Part shown: positions 1 to 11,303 of the stretch, piece after piece
How the letters are laid out: each line of letters starts with the position of its first letter
Numbering within the stretch: position 1 is the stretch's first letter
From: Mytilus trossulus
Lineage: Eukaryota
DNA length: 64,000 nucleotides
Assembly: GCF_036588685.1 (NCBI RefSeq)
Contig: NC_086380.1
Location: 74,896,001-74,960,000 of the forward strand
Reading direction: 5' to 3'
Program-made: the position numbers and the translations under genes
The notes under the pieces: generated by a model
Told to the model about the DNA's origin: nothing
Database searches by the model: none
The model's input: the letters and a program-made list of their open reading frames with translations, nothing else

Positions 1-224
1 CCATTTTGATAACATGAATTGGTACAAGACGAAATATTTTAAAATTTCAAAGCAATGTACGTCTTTTATGAATATAATCAAATTAACTTCCATGTCATTA
101 ATATTATGCAATCATTCATGTAAAATTTAAGTTAAAAAAGAAAAACTTTTAGAAATAGCATGACTTATCGTTTCTATCGGTGTGACATATATAGTTATCA
201 AAGGTACCAGGATTATAATTTAAT

Positions 225-268
225 ACGCCAGACGCGAGTTTCGTCTACATAAGACTCATCAGTGACGC
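225..268 (-). ncRNA. Type I minimal hammerhead ribozyme, intact core
   Basis: Minus strand reads GCGUCA-CUGAUGA-GUCU(uaugu)AGAC-GAAA-C(ucgc)GUC-UGGCGU: stem I, stem II, conserved core and GUC cleavage triplet are all present. Confidence 0.85.
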
Positions 269-671
269 TTAAATCAAAACTTAAAAAGCCAAACAAGTAA
301 ATAATTGAAGAGCATTAAGGACCGAAAATTCCAAAAAGTTGTGCCGAATACGGCTAAGGTAATCTATTCCTGGGGGTTTGTTAACTGGAAAGAGATAGGG
401 CCAATTTGCCGGAATTTTTTTTCATTCAATAAGATAGGTTAATCATGTTCAAATAGCCCGATAGATGATAATTATAGTACATTAAAATACGTGACATCAT
501 CTATTTTCATACCTTGAGCGGGTATTCCTACAAAACAAGGCCAAGACTATTGATTTTCTAATATTGATTTTATTTTATTATCAACATCCCTTATGCAAGG
601 TACCATACCACGTTACTTGTCAAGGAGCCAAATAATATCAAACAAATTCAAATCGTGTTTTTCTCATCCTA

Positions 672-900
672 AAATTGAAAAAGGAAATGGGGAATGTGTC
701 AAAGCAACAACAACCTGACAATAGAGCAGACAACAGCCGAAGGCCACCAATGGGTCTTCAATGTAGCGAGCAACTCCCGCACCCGTAGGTGTCCTTCAGC
801 GGGCCCCTTAAAAAATATGTATACTAGTACAGTGATAATGGACGTCATACGTAACTCCGATTTATACACAAAAACTAAAATTAAAAATCATACAAGACTA
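672..900 (+). repeat. Dispersed repeat (aaaattgagaatggaaatggggaatgtgtcaaag family)
   Basis: An inverted copy lies at 15298-15419, with degenerate copies near 3310 and 10010. Confidence 0.65.
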
Positions 901-960
901 ACATATAACTATATGTATATCTGTATTCGTCCTTGCCTTTTAATGTTTTATCGTCTATAA

Positions 961-1640
961 GATAAGATAAGATAAGATAATACATGTATATATTTTAACC
1001 GGAGAACATCTTACATCAGTTGGTCATAGATCACCCTGTGTTACTAACACATGTTATATTGCCTTTCCTGGCATTTCAACAAATCGGGCCCTCGTTGTGA
1101 TACTGATGCAACAGCTTCTTGATGTTTTACCTACAATCACGTAAGTGTAATTGATTTGTTCTGTTGTGTTTTGTTTTCTGATGACTTAGGTACCGGTGTG
1201 AGGGACGGTGGTAAACATTTCAGTGCTAGTATCTACACATTTTGTGAATTGGCTACAAAATTGCTGTTGACTGCATTTGCTACATATAATACCATGTTCC
1301 AAAAAAAGTTTCGAAATTTTGTTGTTGTTGTTTTGAAACTTGTCTACAATGGCCTTTTTTATGTTATGTTACTATACCCGCAACATTTGGTCTTCATTGC
1401 TATAGAATCAATTCTCGTGTTATTGTTGGTATGTATAGGCACTTACACCAGTTTGACGGCAGTTGTTCCTGGAATATACGTAATAAGAATAAACACATAT
1501 ATAGAAAGTAAGTCAAGAGTAGAGACAGTCATAGGAATGCACACAATAAGCGATACATTATTTTTTTCTTTGATAAATGTAAAATGATATAGTTCTGTGC
1601 TCTACTGATGGAGCCACGGCGATGCTTATCCAAATATTTC
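961..1640 (-). mobile_element. Possible highly decayed LINE 3' fragment with (TTATC)n tail
   Basis: (GATAA)4 at 961-980. Broken minus-strand peptides (IPGTTAVKL, YSNEDQ, IKKLLHQYHNE) loosely resemble a LINE ORF2 C-terminus, with many stops. Confidence 0.25.
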
Positions 1641-2254
1641 TTATTACAGCGCTTTATCGGTACAATTTAGCGATGTTACAATCTTTTCTTTAAAAAAACA
1701 TAACTTTTTGTGGTTTAAAATGTCCTTCTGGGGGGATTCCCTGTTTTTCCCAACTAAAAAAACCCGAAATTCTGCATATTTGACTTTAATCCTTTTTGAG
1801 GGTTAAATTAACTATTGATCACACATATTATAATCTATGTAAATCAAGATATTGATCAAAAAGTATTTTAATTCTTTGTTTTTGTAGTAAATTTCATTCA
1901 GTCGGCACTTTTTAAAATTGGCCCTTCTGTGAAAAAAATTCCCGGCAAATTGACCCTACCTCTTTATAAAAATGACCATATAATTGATATTCATCTCAAC
2001 ACCGAAGTGCAGCTTACTGAGCTGGTGATACCCTCGGGGACGAAACGTCCACCAGCAGTGGCATCGACCCAGTGGTGTAAATAGTTATCAAAGGTACCAG
2101 GATTATAATTTAATACGCCAGACGCGCGTTTCGTCTACATAAATGTTTGTGAATATTCAGCTTATGCATTTTGATTTTGTTTTTTGTTTTTTGTCTTCAA
2201 TTTGTATCAGCAAGTTTTAAATTGATTTCTCGCTTTCACTTCATTTCATTTCTA

Positions 2255-2445
2255 GGAATAGATAACCTTAGTTGCATTTGGCAAAACTTTTAGGAAATGT
2301 TGGTCCTCAATGCACTTCAACTTCGAACTTTATTTGGCCTTTTAAACCTTTTTTTATATTCGATCGTTACTGATTAGTCTTTTGTGGATGAAACGCGCTT
2401 CTTGCGCCAAGACAAAATGTTAATCATGTTATCTAAGATAAGTTT
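2255..2445 (+). repeat. Degenerate retrozyme-family copy with mutated hammerhead
   Basis: cgtta-CTGATTA-GTCT(tttgt)GGAT-GAAA-cgcgc-TTC at about 2364-2407, with flanks similar to the 191-375 repeat in opposite orientation. Confidence 0.6.
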
Positions 2446-2578
2446 GTTGCCTATGAAATTACCTTTCACTGCTCTTCAACATAAACTTTTAATTATATCA
2501 CGGAACGCTACTTTTATTCGTAATGAAAACTAAACGCTTGATAAAAAAAGAAGCAGAAACTGGTTTTGAGTTGGGTTT

Positions 2579-2790
2579 CATGTTAATACAATGAGGATTC
2601 ATGTTATCAAGTTATTACTATATGCAGTCAAAGTATTGCAATATGAAATCATGTTATTACAATGCGGAGTCATGTTATTAGAATGTCGAGTCATGTTATT
2701 ACAATTTGGATTCATGTTATTACAATGTAGATTGATGCTATTATAATGTTTAATTCCTGTTATTTCAATGTGAATATATGATATTTCAAT
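2579..2790. repeat. Degenerate 21-bp tandem repeat (catgttattacaatgNNgaNt)
   Basis: Successive units catgttattacaatgcggagt / catgttattagaatgtcgagt / catgttattacaatttggatt / catgttattacaatgtagatt. Confidence 0.8.
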
Positions 2791-4399
2791 GCAATAACAA
2801 AATTTCAATATAGTATTATGTATACTGTGTTTCTCGTTTTTGTCATGCCCATGTTATTGTCTCTCTCTCTTCGACGGACAGCATTATTTACAATTCTATT
2901 TCCCCAACCCATTTCGGAGATGTATACATACTGTTGTTGCAGAGAAATCCATTACGACGTTCAATTCATTCAAAAATAGTTTTATGTTTTTATCTTGTTA
3001 TCGCATCCATTCAAATGTATTCATTGTAATGTTAGACTAGACATGCTTTGTTCGTAAAAATCGCCATCTAAAATTCTCGTTGTTTACGTCCCAGTGTTCA
3101 ACTCTAAAAGTACCTATAATACTACTAGTAAATGGAATACTACATGTAATACAAAAATTTACATAAAAAGAAAACTATCTTTGCATGATATACCAAGGTG
3201 TATTGCTTCATACCACATCAACATTGTACATATTATGTATTATTAGCGAAAATATGGCAAAGTGTTTTTGTTTGATGTGTTTTGGTAAATAAAATAAAGA
3301 GAAGAGACTGTAATCGGAGAATGCGTAAAATAGACAGCAACCCGACCAAAGAAAACCCATTTTTCAGGGATTTGTTAATAAATCTATCAAACTAATATTA
3401 CATTACAGATTGTTGTTTAGACGATATATTTGCGCACATAAAAGTAAACACGTATTTTTATAGCGTATGCAACGTATTACATGCTGTTAGTTTTTGAATA
3501 TAAAACTCTTATATATATTTGCAACTTATGGAATTGTTAAAATGATACGTCCTTCCCTGTTGTATGTTGCATCATTCCGTGAATCCTAGCATGTATGGCA
3601 TTGTTCAGATCTGATGAAGTCATATTCAAAATCCATTTTGGACAATTATGTTTTACTCCCCAGAACATATTATGACCTCTGACCTTCATTTGGAAAATTT
3701 CATACATAATTCACTTTGTGCTCAATCGTTTGTTTTCCGTACTGCTGTTTGTCTTTTTTTTTAAACAGCTGTATACTACTGTTGCCTTTAATTGTCTTTA
3801 TCGAGTGCGAAACGACATTCATCATTACAAGCCAGTTAAATGATATTATTCAAATCTCAAAACATGAGGCTCGCTGAGTGTTTTGACTGTTAAACATTTA
3901 ACTGTCGAGAATGGATATTGCACAAGATTTGGTGATGTAATCTGTTTCTCTAATAATTTTTAGACAATATGCAGTCAATCTCCTTTTCCCAAAACACTGA
4001 ACTGTAACTTACCAAATACTAAAAGAGGATACACAATGAGATAATAAAACAGCAGGTGGTGTTTTGGATATGAACATATTTCTTATTCCAAAAAACTTGT
4101 TCATTACCCCGATTTTGTTTTTTGTTCATGGATTTATGAGTTTTTAACAACGGTATACTACCTTTATTCATTACTGAAATCCTATTATAAAAACGATTAT
4201 ATAAACCAGTCCCATTTATCATTAAATGCTCACGTAGATCTCGATAATTATTTTCTAAACAGCGCATTATAAGATTTGAACATCAGATTACAATAATTAG
4301 TGTAACTGTCATTTTCTTCGCTTATATAAACGTTTAAATATCCATCAAATTCTATTTCGAGGCGAAATAAGCTGTTGTTCATTTCAGAAATAATTTTGT

Positions 4400-4520
4400 T
4401 TTACACGGAATTAGGAAGTAAACATTACCTTTTTATGTAAGTACATTGATATGGTAGTATTGTTTACACGGAATTAGGAAGTAAACCTTACCTTCATATG
4501 TAAGTACTTTGATGGTAGTT
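4400..4520. repeat. Tandem duplication of about 63 bp
   Basis: tttacacggaattaggaagtaaac...gtaagtac...gatggtagt occurs twice in succession. Confidence 0.8.
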
Positions 4521-5411
4521 TAGTAGGATTTTGTATGAATTCAATTACTGACAGTAATTTCTTTAGACCGCTGTTGTAATATATCAGTTGAAAAACTTAT
4601 AGGTTTTCATGGCTACTCATTTTTGGGGTATTGTAAGTAAATTATTAGTTTAATGATAAAAATTGTCATGTTCTCTTTTTACAAGTATACCAACAGGATT
4701 TTGAAATTGACGAAATTTATAGACGCCATTATTAATATTGCTATATCGTATTTTCTGAACTTTTGATGGTCTGTTTGTCTGTTTTTCCCTTATTTGTTAG
4801 CCCTGGCGTTGTGAATTTATTTTTTACTTATGACTTTTAATATCTCTTGAATGTTTCGCCTCTGCTCTACAAAAGTTGGGAGACATCTAAAGAAAAACCT
4901 ATAACGCTATCATTTCACATCGTATTTGTAGAAATAGTCTTCAATTGATAATTTTTAACAGTGTGTAGCTTTCACAATCGTTTGACAAAATATATCTATT
5001 GTCGAGTTTTATAAAATGTTATAACTGTATTCCGTGTGTAACTCTCAGATTATAAATTCAGGTTTATCGTAAATGCTTCTAAACTATTTTCTAGATTCTT
5101 TTATTTATATAAATGTTTTGTAATTATTAATTATGATTCCTCATTCTAATAATGAACAAGGCTATCCATATTTTAAGTTTGTTAATGGAACCCTTACACA
5201 TTCTAGTTGTTCTGATTAACTGCTAAGTTTTGAACTCATGATTAATCGTTAACAATCGATCTTTAAACTAGAAACAATAATCATAAATATTCTAAGATTT
5301 GTCACTAGTATTTTTTATCTTTTTGTTACTTTGTGGATACTTAGGGATGTTTTCTGTAGTTCCTATATTTTTATATCTACATATTTAAACACAATGCTTT
5401 GATTTTGATTT

Positions 5412-5634
5412 TTGGTGTTTTAACTCCACTTTTAAGCACCGCATTTAGGCGGTCAGTTTTTATTGGGGGATGAAGCCGGAGTGCCTGGAGAAAACCGCCG
5501 ACCTTCGATAGGAAAACTGACAATTCTAGTCAATTAAGATTGGATTCGAGTGCACCTGCACGAACGGGGTTTCAGTGTTGACTGGCTAGTGATTACAATA
5601 GTAACTACTTCGGCCACTCGGCCATTGAGGCCCC
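5412..5634 (-). mobile_element. tRNA-derived SINE with V-domain-like body
   Basis: Minus strand starts GGGGCCTCAATGGCCGAGTGG (A box), followed by ggttttctccaggcactccggcttcatcccccaataaaaactgaccgcc, which resembles the V domain of bivalve SINEs. Confidence 0.7.
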
Positions 5635-6891
5635 TAAAACAAAGATGGAAAACACAGCTCAAAACAGACAAGAGGTGTGTATGATAATGATGATAGAAAT
5701 ATCAACAACACCAAGACAAATGAATACGGAGGAATTACGAAATACAAAGACAACTTTAAACAGAATAAATCAAATGTGCAGATCGAAAGACGATAAGAAA
5801 TGTGTGAAATGACGAAATAATTTCAAACAGAAATAAAAGACCAGATCAAACAAGAAAATAGACAAATATTTATTTACAGAATAACACTCTGTATTTTTTA
5901 CATTTAATTTTGATGTGTCTGTTGTGGTTTCGGATAGTCGGTATGTAATACCTTGACGTTTGTTGACTTTCCATACCATCATTGTTATGAACATTGATTG
6001 GACAAACATTGTGAAAATAATTGTTTAAAGTTCGAGATTGCCTGTTAGTTACGTCAACGCATCACTGTTTTTAATATTATGCGGTGTTTGTCGCTGATGA
6101 TCTATGTTTGTTGTTGTGTCGACTATAATATTATTTGTTTGTGTCGTTCTCTGTTATGAATGATCGTGCTTGTGTTTGTGCTATATTTCTGTCACGAATT
6201 ATGTTCCTGTTGTTCCTTTGTTGTCGTCTTATGATTGATGTGTTTGCCTCGGTTTTCGTTTGTGGCCCGGATTATTTTGTCGGACGATTTGTGAATTTTG
6301 AAGACCAGTAAAAATTGCCTTTGGTTTCAAACATATGGAAAAGGGAAATACAGCTTTAAACTTATTTCATCGTGTATTTATTGGACAAAGTATGATTAAT
6401 GACGAAGACAAATTCACCAGACAAAACGACTGATAAAAATATAATATGACAATGTTAATATAAAATGTAATGATACAACAAAGTTTAACGAAAAAGAATA
6501 GCCCGTTTATAGTTTGTGATGACCTCAAAATTACCACAGTTGATATAGGAACATGGGGTAGATGTATATGAGTGCCAATGAGAAAACTCTCCATTCAAGC
6601 AACAATTTATAAAAGTAAACTATTATAAGCTTACACCGAACAGCAAGCTATAAAGGACCCCAAAAATAACTAGTGTAAAAGCATTCAAACGGGAAAACCA
6701 AAGGTCTTATCTATATAAAAACGGAAAACAAGAAACACTTACAATGTACGAACCACATAAACAGACCAAAACCACTGAACATATACAAAGATTTTTCGAG
6801 GGGGAATGGCTCGTTTGGAAATTATTTATTCATGTTATTAAATTTTTGTCTGATAAGAAATAACCCAGTGAATGTTACAATAACATAAACA

Positions 6892-6935
6892 GCACCAGAT
6901 GCGCATTTTGACAATACATGTCTCTTCAGTGATGC
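6892..6935 (-). ncRNA. Variant type I hammerhead ribozyme (second subfamily; GAAA changed to AAAA, probably inactive)
   Basis: Minus strand reads GCAUCA-CUGAAGA-GACA(uguau)UGUC-AAAA-U(gcgc)AUC-UGGUGC. All stems co-vary relative to the 225-268 copy. Confidence 0.7.
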
Positions 6936-7139
6936 TCGTGGCCAAAATATTTGAAACCCAAAGCTTATATAAAAGATGAAGAGCTATAATCCAAATGGTA
7001 AAAAAGGTAATGCCAAATCCGTTAAAACAATCAGAGCTTTTTTTTTTAAATTCCTTTATTTCCATCAGTTGCTTGTTACATTGTCTTCAACAAGTCCAAG
7101 CTCCTTGTGAAGAATACATATAAATTTCAATTCTATATA

Positions 7140-8050
7140 TTAATAAATAAAACATCAATCTAATAAATGTTTCTTAACATTAACTAAAAAATTATCTTCT
7201 TTTAACTTCTTTGAATAATACATTCGTTTTGTAAATTCTCTAATAAATAAACAAAAAACATCAAGTCTTTTCATTTTCTGATCAGATCCATAGTAGGATT
7301 TATAAATTGAAAACCCAATAATAGTTATAAGAAAGTTAAAGCCAAAGTAATATTTATCAGATATTTTATAGCCAAAAACAATATCTTTCAATGTTAAATC
7401 TTTTTCTATATTTACTTTTTGCAATAATTTATGAATTTTTCTCCAAAAATCGTGCAAAACAGAACATGACATAAAGTAATGTTGATAATCTTCTTCAGTA
7501 AAATATTTATTACATAAATCATTGTCTGTTACCTTCCATCAAAATAATAACTTTTTGGTTGGTAAAATGCTTTGTAAAAGTTTCCATCGATACATCTTTA
7601 ATTTATTTTCTTCTAAATAGTAAAAAATAAAGTTGTACAATGGTTTCAAATGAAATTCTGTCTGTAATGGTAATACATTTAACCATACATGCATACCAAT
7701 AGGTTTCACAATTTTTTTCTTTACTAATCTGTTATATAATAACTTATTTGTCAAAAAAGAAATGTCAATATATTTACCATTTATTGACAAACATTGTCTT
7801 TTTACATTGACTATACTTCTTGTTGAATTCTCTGATCTAAGACATTGTAACCCATCTTTTGGAATTGCTTTTTTTAGGGATGTCAACTCAGCTATCCAGT
7901 TGGATTTATTTTCATTTTTTGGCAAAATTACATCTTGTGAAATTTCGCCATTTAAAATATATAAAAGAATCAGAGCTTTGCATGAGGGAGAAACATTCCG
8001 TAATCTATAATAATTTCTAACATTTTGTAAGAGCAAATTTTAATAACACA
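7140..8050 (-). mobile_element. 5'-truncated, frameshifted L1/Tx1-clade LINE ORF2 C-terminal fragment
   Basis: ORFs 7539-8036 and 7155-7472 contain KLKMYRWKLLQSILPTKKLLF, HYFMSC...FW and FNFLITIIGFSIYKSY, typical of the zf-RVT / C-terminal region. Confidence 0.75.
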
Positions 8051-9463
8051 AACAATCCGTATTTACAAACGTCGATTTTACACCTTATCACAATAATCAA
8101 CCCTAATTGCTATCATTGACCGGCAACTAGTGTTTTAAATAATCAGGGCAGACACACTTGAAAGGCAATTTCAGATGATTAGTGTAACAGTGATTTTTTA
8201 TAAGTCAAAGTACGGCCTTCAACGTGAAGCTTTGGCTGACACCGAACAGAAAGATATAAAGGACCCCAAAAATTACTAGTGTAAAAACAACCAAACGGGA
8301 AAACCAATTAACGGTCTAATCTATATAAAACGATAAACAAAAAAAATTATGAACCACTTAAACAGACGACAACCACTGAACATATACATAGATTTTTCGG
8401 GGGGAGGGGGGAATGGCTCTTTCGTAATTTTGTTTATTCTTGCTATTTAAACTTTGTCAGATAATAAACAACCATGTAAATGTTATAAACGTCGATTTAA
8501 CACCTTATTACAATAATCAATCTAATTACTATTATTAGCCGGAAACTAGTGTTTAAATAATCACGGCAGACACTTAAAAGGTAATTTCAGTTGATTAGTG
8601 TAACAGTGATTTTCTTTTTTATAAATCGTGCTTAATTTCCCACAAAATTGTTTTTAAATGTATAAAGATAAATGTTTCAATGAGATAAATCGTAATGCGA
8701 AAGTAACAAAAAAAGTGCGAGCAGAAAACAGCTAGTAAGAACCAAAGATGTTTGAACACAGCGAGAAAACTACGCAACCAGAATCGTTCTTTAGCTTCTC
8801 TCTTAAAAATACTTTATGATCAAAGACAATCCAAAAACCCAACATGAACAACAAAGAAATTCAATTTCATAAGTGAATAATGGACTGACCAGGCCGTTAA
8901 CCAGTGTTTAACGAATAACTATATAGAAAAGACAAACAAAAGTATACAAAATACAATTTAGAAACATGAAGACTTAGCATTATAATGTAACAAAAAAAAA
9001 CAGGGGTGATTTTATGTGATTCGATGGGATGGCAGATCCTGTTCCACCAGGGACACCCTTAGATTTTTTTATGTAGGTATAGGTGCATTCTCAATGACAA
9101 TGGTACGCTACCATATATATTACCTCGAAATAATGTTATTAGCATAATGATAGTACTTTCACTGAAATATTTTTTTGTAGTAAACACAAGTAATGATGGT
9201 TGGTTTCACGTTTAATGTGTTCATGTTATGTTGTACGTTTGTGATTGCAACTCATGGAAAGATTATTATATTTTATCGCACCACTGGTAAAATATCACGT
9301 TGTGATTGGTTTAGCGCCGACACGTCGTAAGTAAATTTCAAAGGGGGTTCATGACGTCACGTCTTCTGTTAATGCTGACGTCGTCTACTGATGTTGTTGT
9401 ATTTCATTGTTTAATTTCTACAAAACGGGGTAGGATAAGTCCTGCGTGCAATAATTTCGTTAT

Positions 9464-9597
9464 ACGGTTCACTACTGACCCCCAACGAATCCATAGAGGG
9501 TGAATGAAATATATAGGGTACTCGGCCTACGACCTCACCTCTATCGATTTTATTTACCTTCTATGGATTAACAGGGGGTCAGTAGCGAACGATATAA
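9464..9597. repeat. Long imperfect palindrome, end of a foldback/MITE-like element spanning about 9265-9600
   Basis: gttcactactgacccc...atccatagagggtgaatgaaat pairs with attttatttaccttctatggat...ggggtcagtagcgaac. Confidence 0.7.
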
Positions 9598-10290
9598 TTT
9601 ATAATGCAAGACTAATGGGAAAATATTTACTGCTAGATTAACATGACAGATGCCGCGCCAAGGTAACTTTTTGAAGCAACTAAAGCAATATTGTTTCGAT
9701 TATGTTTACTTTTTGAATAGTTTATTTCCATATGTTTATGTCCATATGTTTTATATTAAGTTTCTAGTTCATTTTAATTTTGTTTACTAAACACACTATT
9801 ATCGCGATGATAAATGTAAAAATCATTTTTTTTTATAAAACTGCAAACTCTGTTAGCTAAATCCTGTAGTACCATTTTGTAAACTAGTAATTTGGAGCAT
9901 GAAACTAATTTTCACAATTTATTGACGTTTGAAATAAAGAAGATTTTTAAACACTTAAATATCCTGATAACTTTTAAAAAAACTCTTTAAATAATCTTCC
10001 AGTCAACACAAATCGGGAATGTGTCAAAAAGACATCAACCTGACCAACGAGCAGAACACAACCAAAGTCGACTTATGGGTCATACAGCGAGTGTAGACAT
10101 AATATCTGCTAATACTTTCTATTCAAGTTATAACTGTTTTGACCCGACATGACCACTGCTGTCTATCATGTAGTACGAAGTCTGAATATGTGTTAAATAA
10201 AGTGAACGAATCTTGTAATCAACTAAACCTTGGTGTGTACAATATTGCATCTTTGTGTAATATTGACTATTAAAGCATTCCACTATGTAT

Positions 10291-10600
10291 CAAAAAGAAG
10301 ATGTGGTATGATTGCCATTGAGACAACTATCCACAAAAGACCAAAATGACAAAGACATTAAAAACTATAGGTCACCGTACGGCCTACAATAATGAGCAAA
10401 GCCCATACCACATAGTCAGCTATAAAAGGCCCCGAGAAGACAATGTAAAACAATTCAAACGAGAAAACTAACGGCCTTATTTATGTAAAAAATGAACGAA
10501 AAACAAATATGTAGCACATAAACTAACGACAACCACTGAATTAACAGGCTCCTGACTTGGGACAGGCACATACATAAATAATATGGCGGGGTTAAACATG
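10291..10600 (+). repeat. Abundant dispersed repeat (aagaagatgtggtatgattgccaatgagacaac family)
   Basis: Near-identical copies at 29362-29710 (+) and 32430-32953 (-); diverged copies at 13820-14265, 6550-6790, 8200-8390, 19680-20095, 31695-32180 and 54640-55000. Confidence 0.85.
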
Positions 10601-11259
10601 TGCTTGTATATTTAGGTCTATCAATTACAAAGTACGCGGAGTTAGAAATGACCAAAGGCTGTATTGGACAAGGTGCAATGTTGTTTTGTGAGAGACCCGT
10701 TGCCTGATTATGAATGGTTTAAAGATGGAGTCAAACTAGAACATGGTGGTCGTTTTAACATCAGACGACATCCATCGGGATCATCAAGGTAATTCTCACA
10801 AAACCACATGACAAAACTTATGACAAACCACGTGAGTCAGTATATAAAATGCGGAATATAAAATTATAAACTAAAAAAGAGACCGACAAATCTTTGACAA
10901 TCTGTCAAAAAACTAATTAATTTACAAAAAACTACCAATTACAATAAAAGCTGAGAAACACAACCACTACATAAACAACCGGTGATTTTACTTAGTTCTA
11001 AGAAAAACAAATATTTTCAAACGCATTATATAATATAGGACGACTCTGTTTACCTTATAATTAGATGTTCCAACATCAGACATTGATCAGTAAGTGATGA
11101 ACATAAATATTAATAAATTATTTAAATGGCATTAGTTAAGGATTTTCTTATCCCAGATATAGATTACATAAGACGTATTTGGCACAAATTTTTGGAATGT
11201 TAGATCCTCAATGCTCTTCAACTTTATACTTGTTTGGCTTTATAAATATTTTGATTTGA

Positions 11260-11303
11260 GCGTCACTGTTGAGTCTTATGTAGACGAAACGTGGGTCTGG
11301 CGT
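11260..11303 (+). ncRNA. Type I hammerhead ribozyme with core substitution (CUGUUGA), within retrozyme fragment 11135-11340
   Basis: GCGTCA-CTGTTGA-GTCT(tatgt)AGAC-GAAA-C(gtgg)GTC-TGGCGT. Confidence 0.75.

Larger units (their letters stand above)
392..1962. mobile_element. Non-autonomous TIR DNA transposon, Spy-like (AAA|TTT target, no TSD)
   Basis: About 33-bp imperfect TIRs (GAGATAGGGCCAATTTGCCGGAATTTTTTTTCA versus reverse complement GAGGTAGGGTCAATTTGCCGGGAATTTTTTTCA). Flanks are AAA (389-391) and TTT (1963-1965) with no duplicated target. Confidence 0.7.
191..2142 (-). mobile_element. Non-LTR retrozyme-like unit bounded by hammerhead-containing direct repeats, split by a 1571-bp DNA transposon
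   Basis: 191-252 is repeated at 2081-2142 (atagttatcaaaggtaccaggattataatttaatacgccagacgcg...). Removing 392-1962 leaves a 319-nt spacing between the repeats, and each repeat carries hammerhead sequence. Confidence 0.75.

Noticed and set aside
1156-1587. 143-aa hydrophobic ORF
   Set aside because: Non-ATG start, located inside a transposon, T-rich composition explains the hydrophobicity, and no domain is recognisable.
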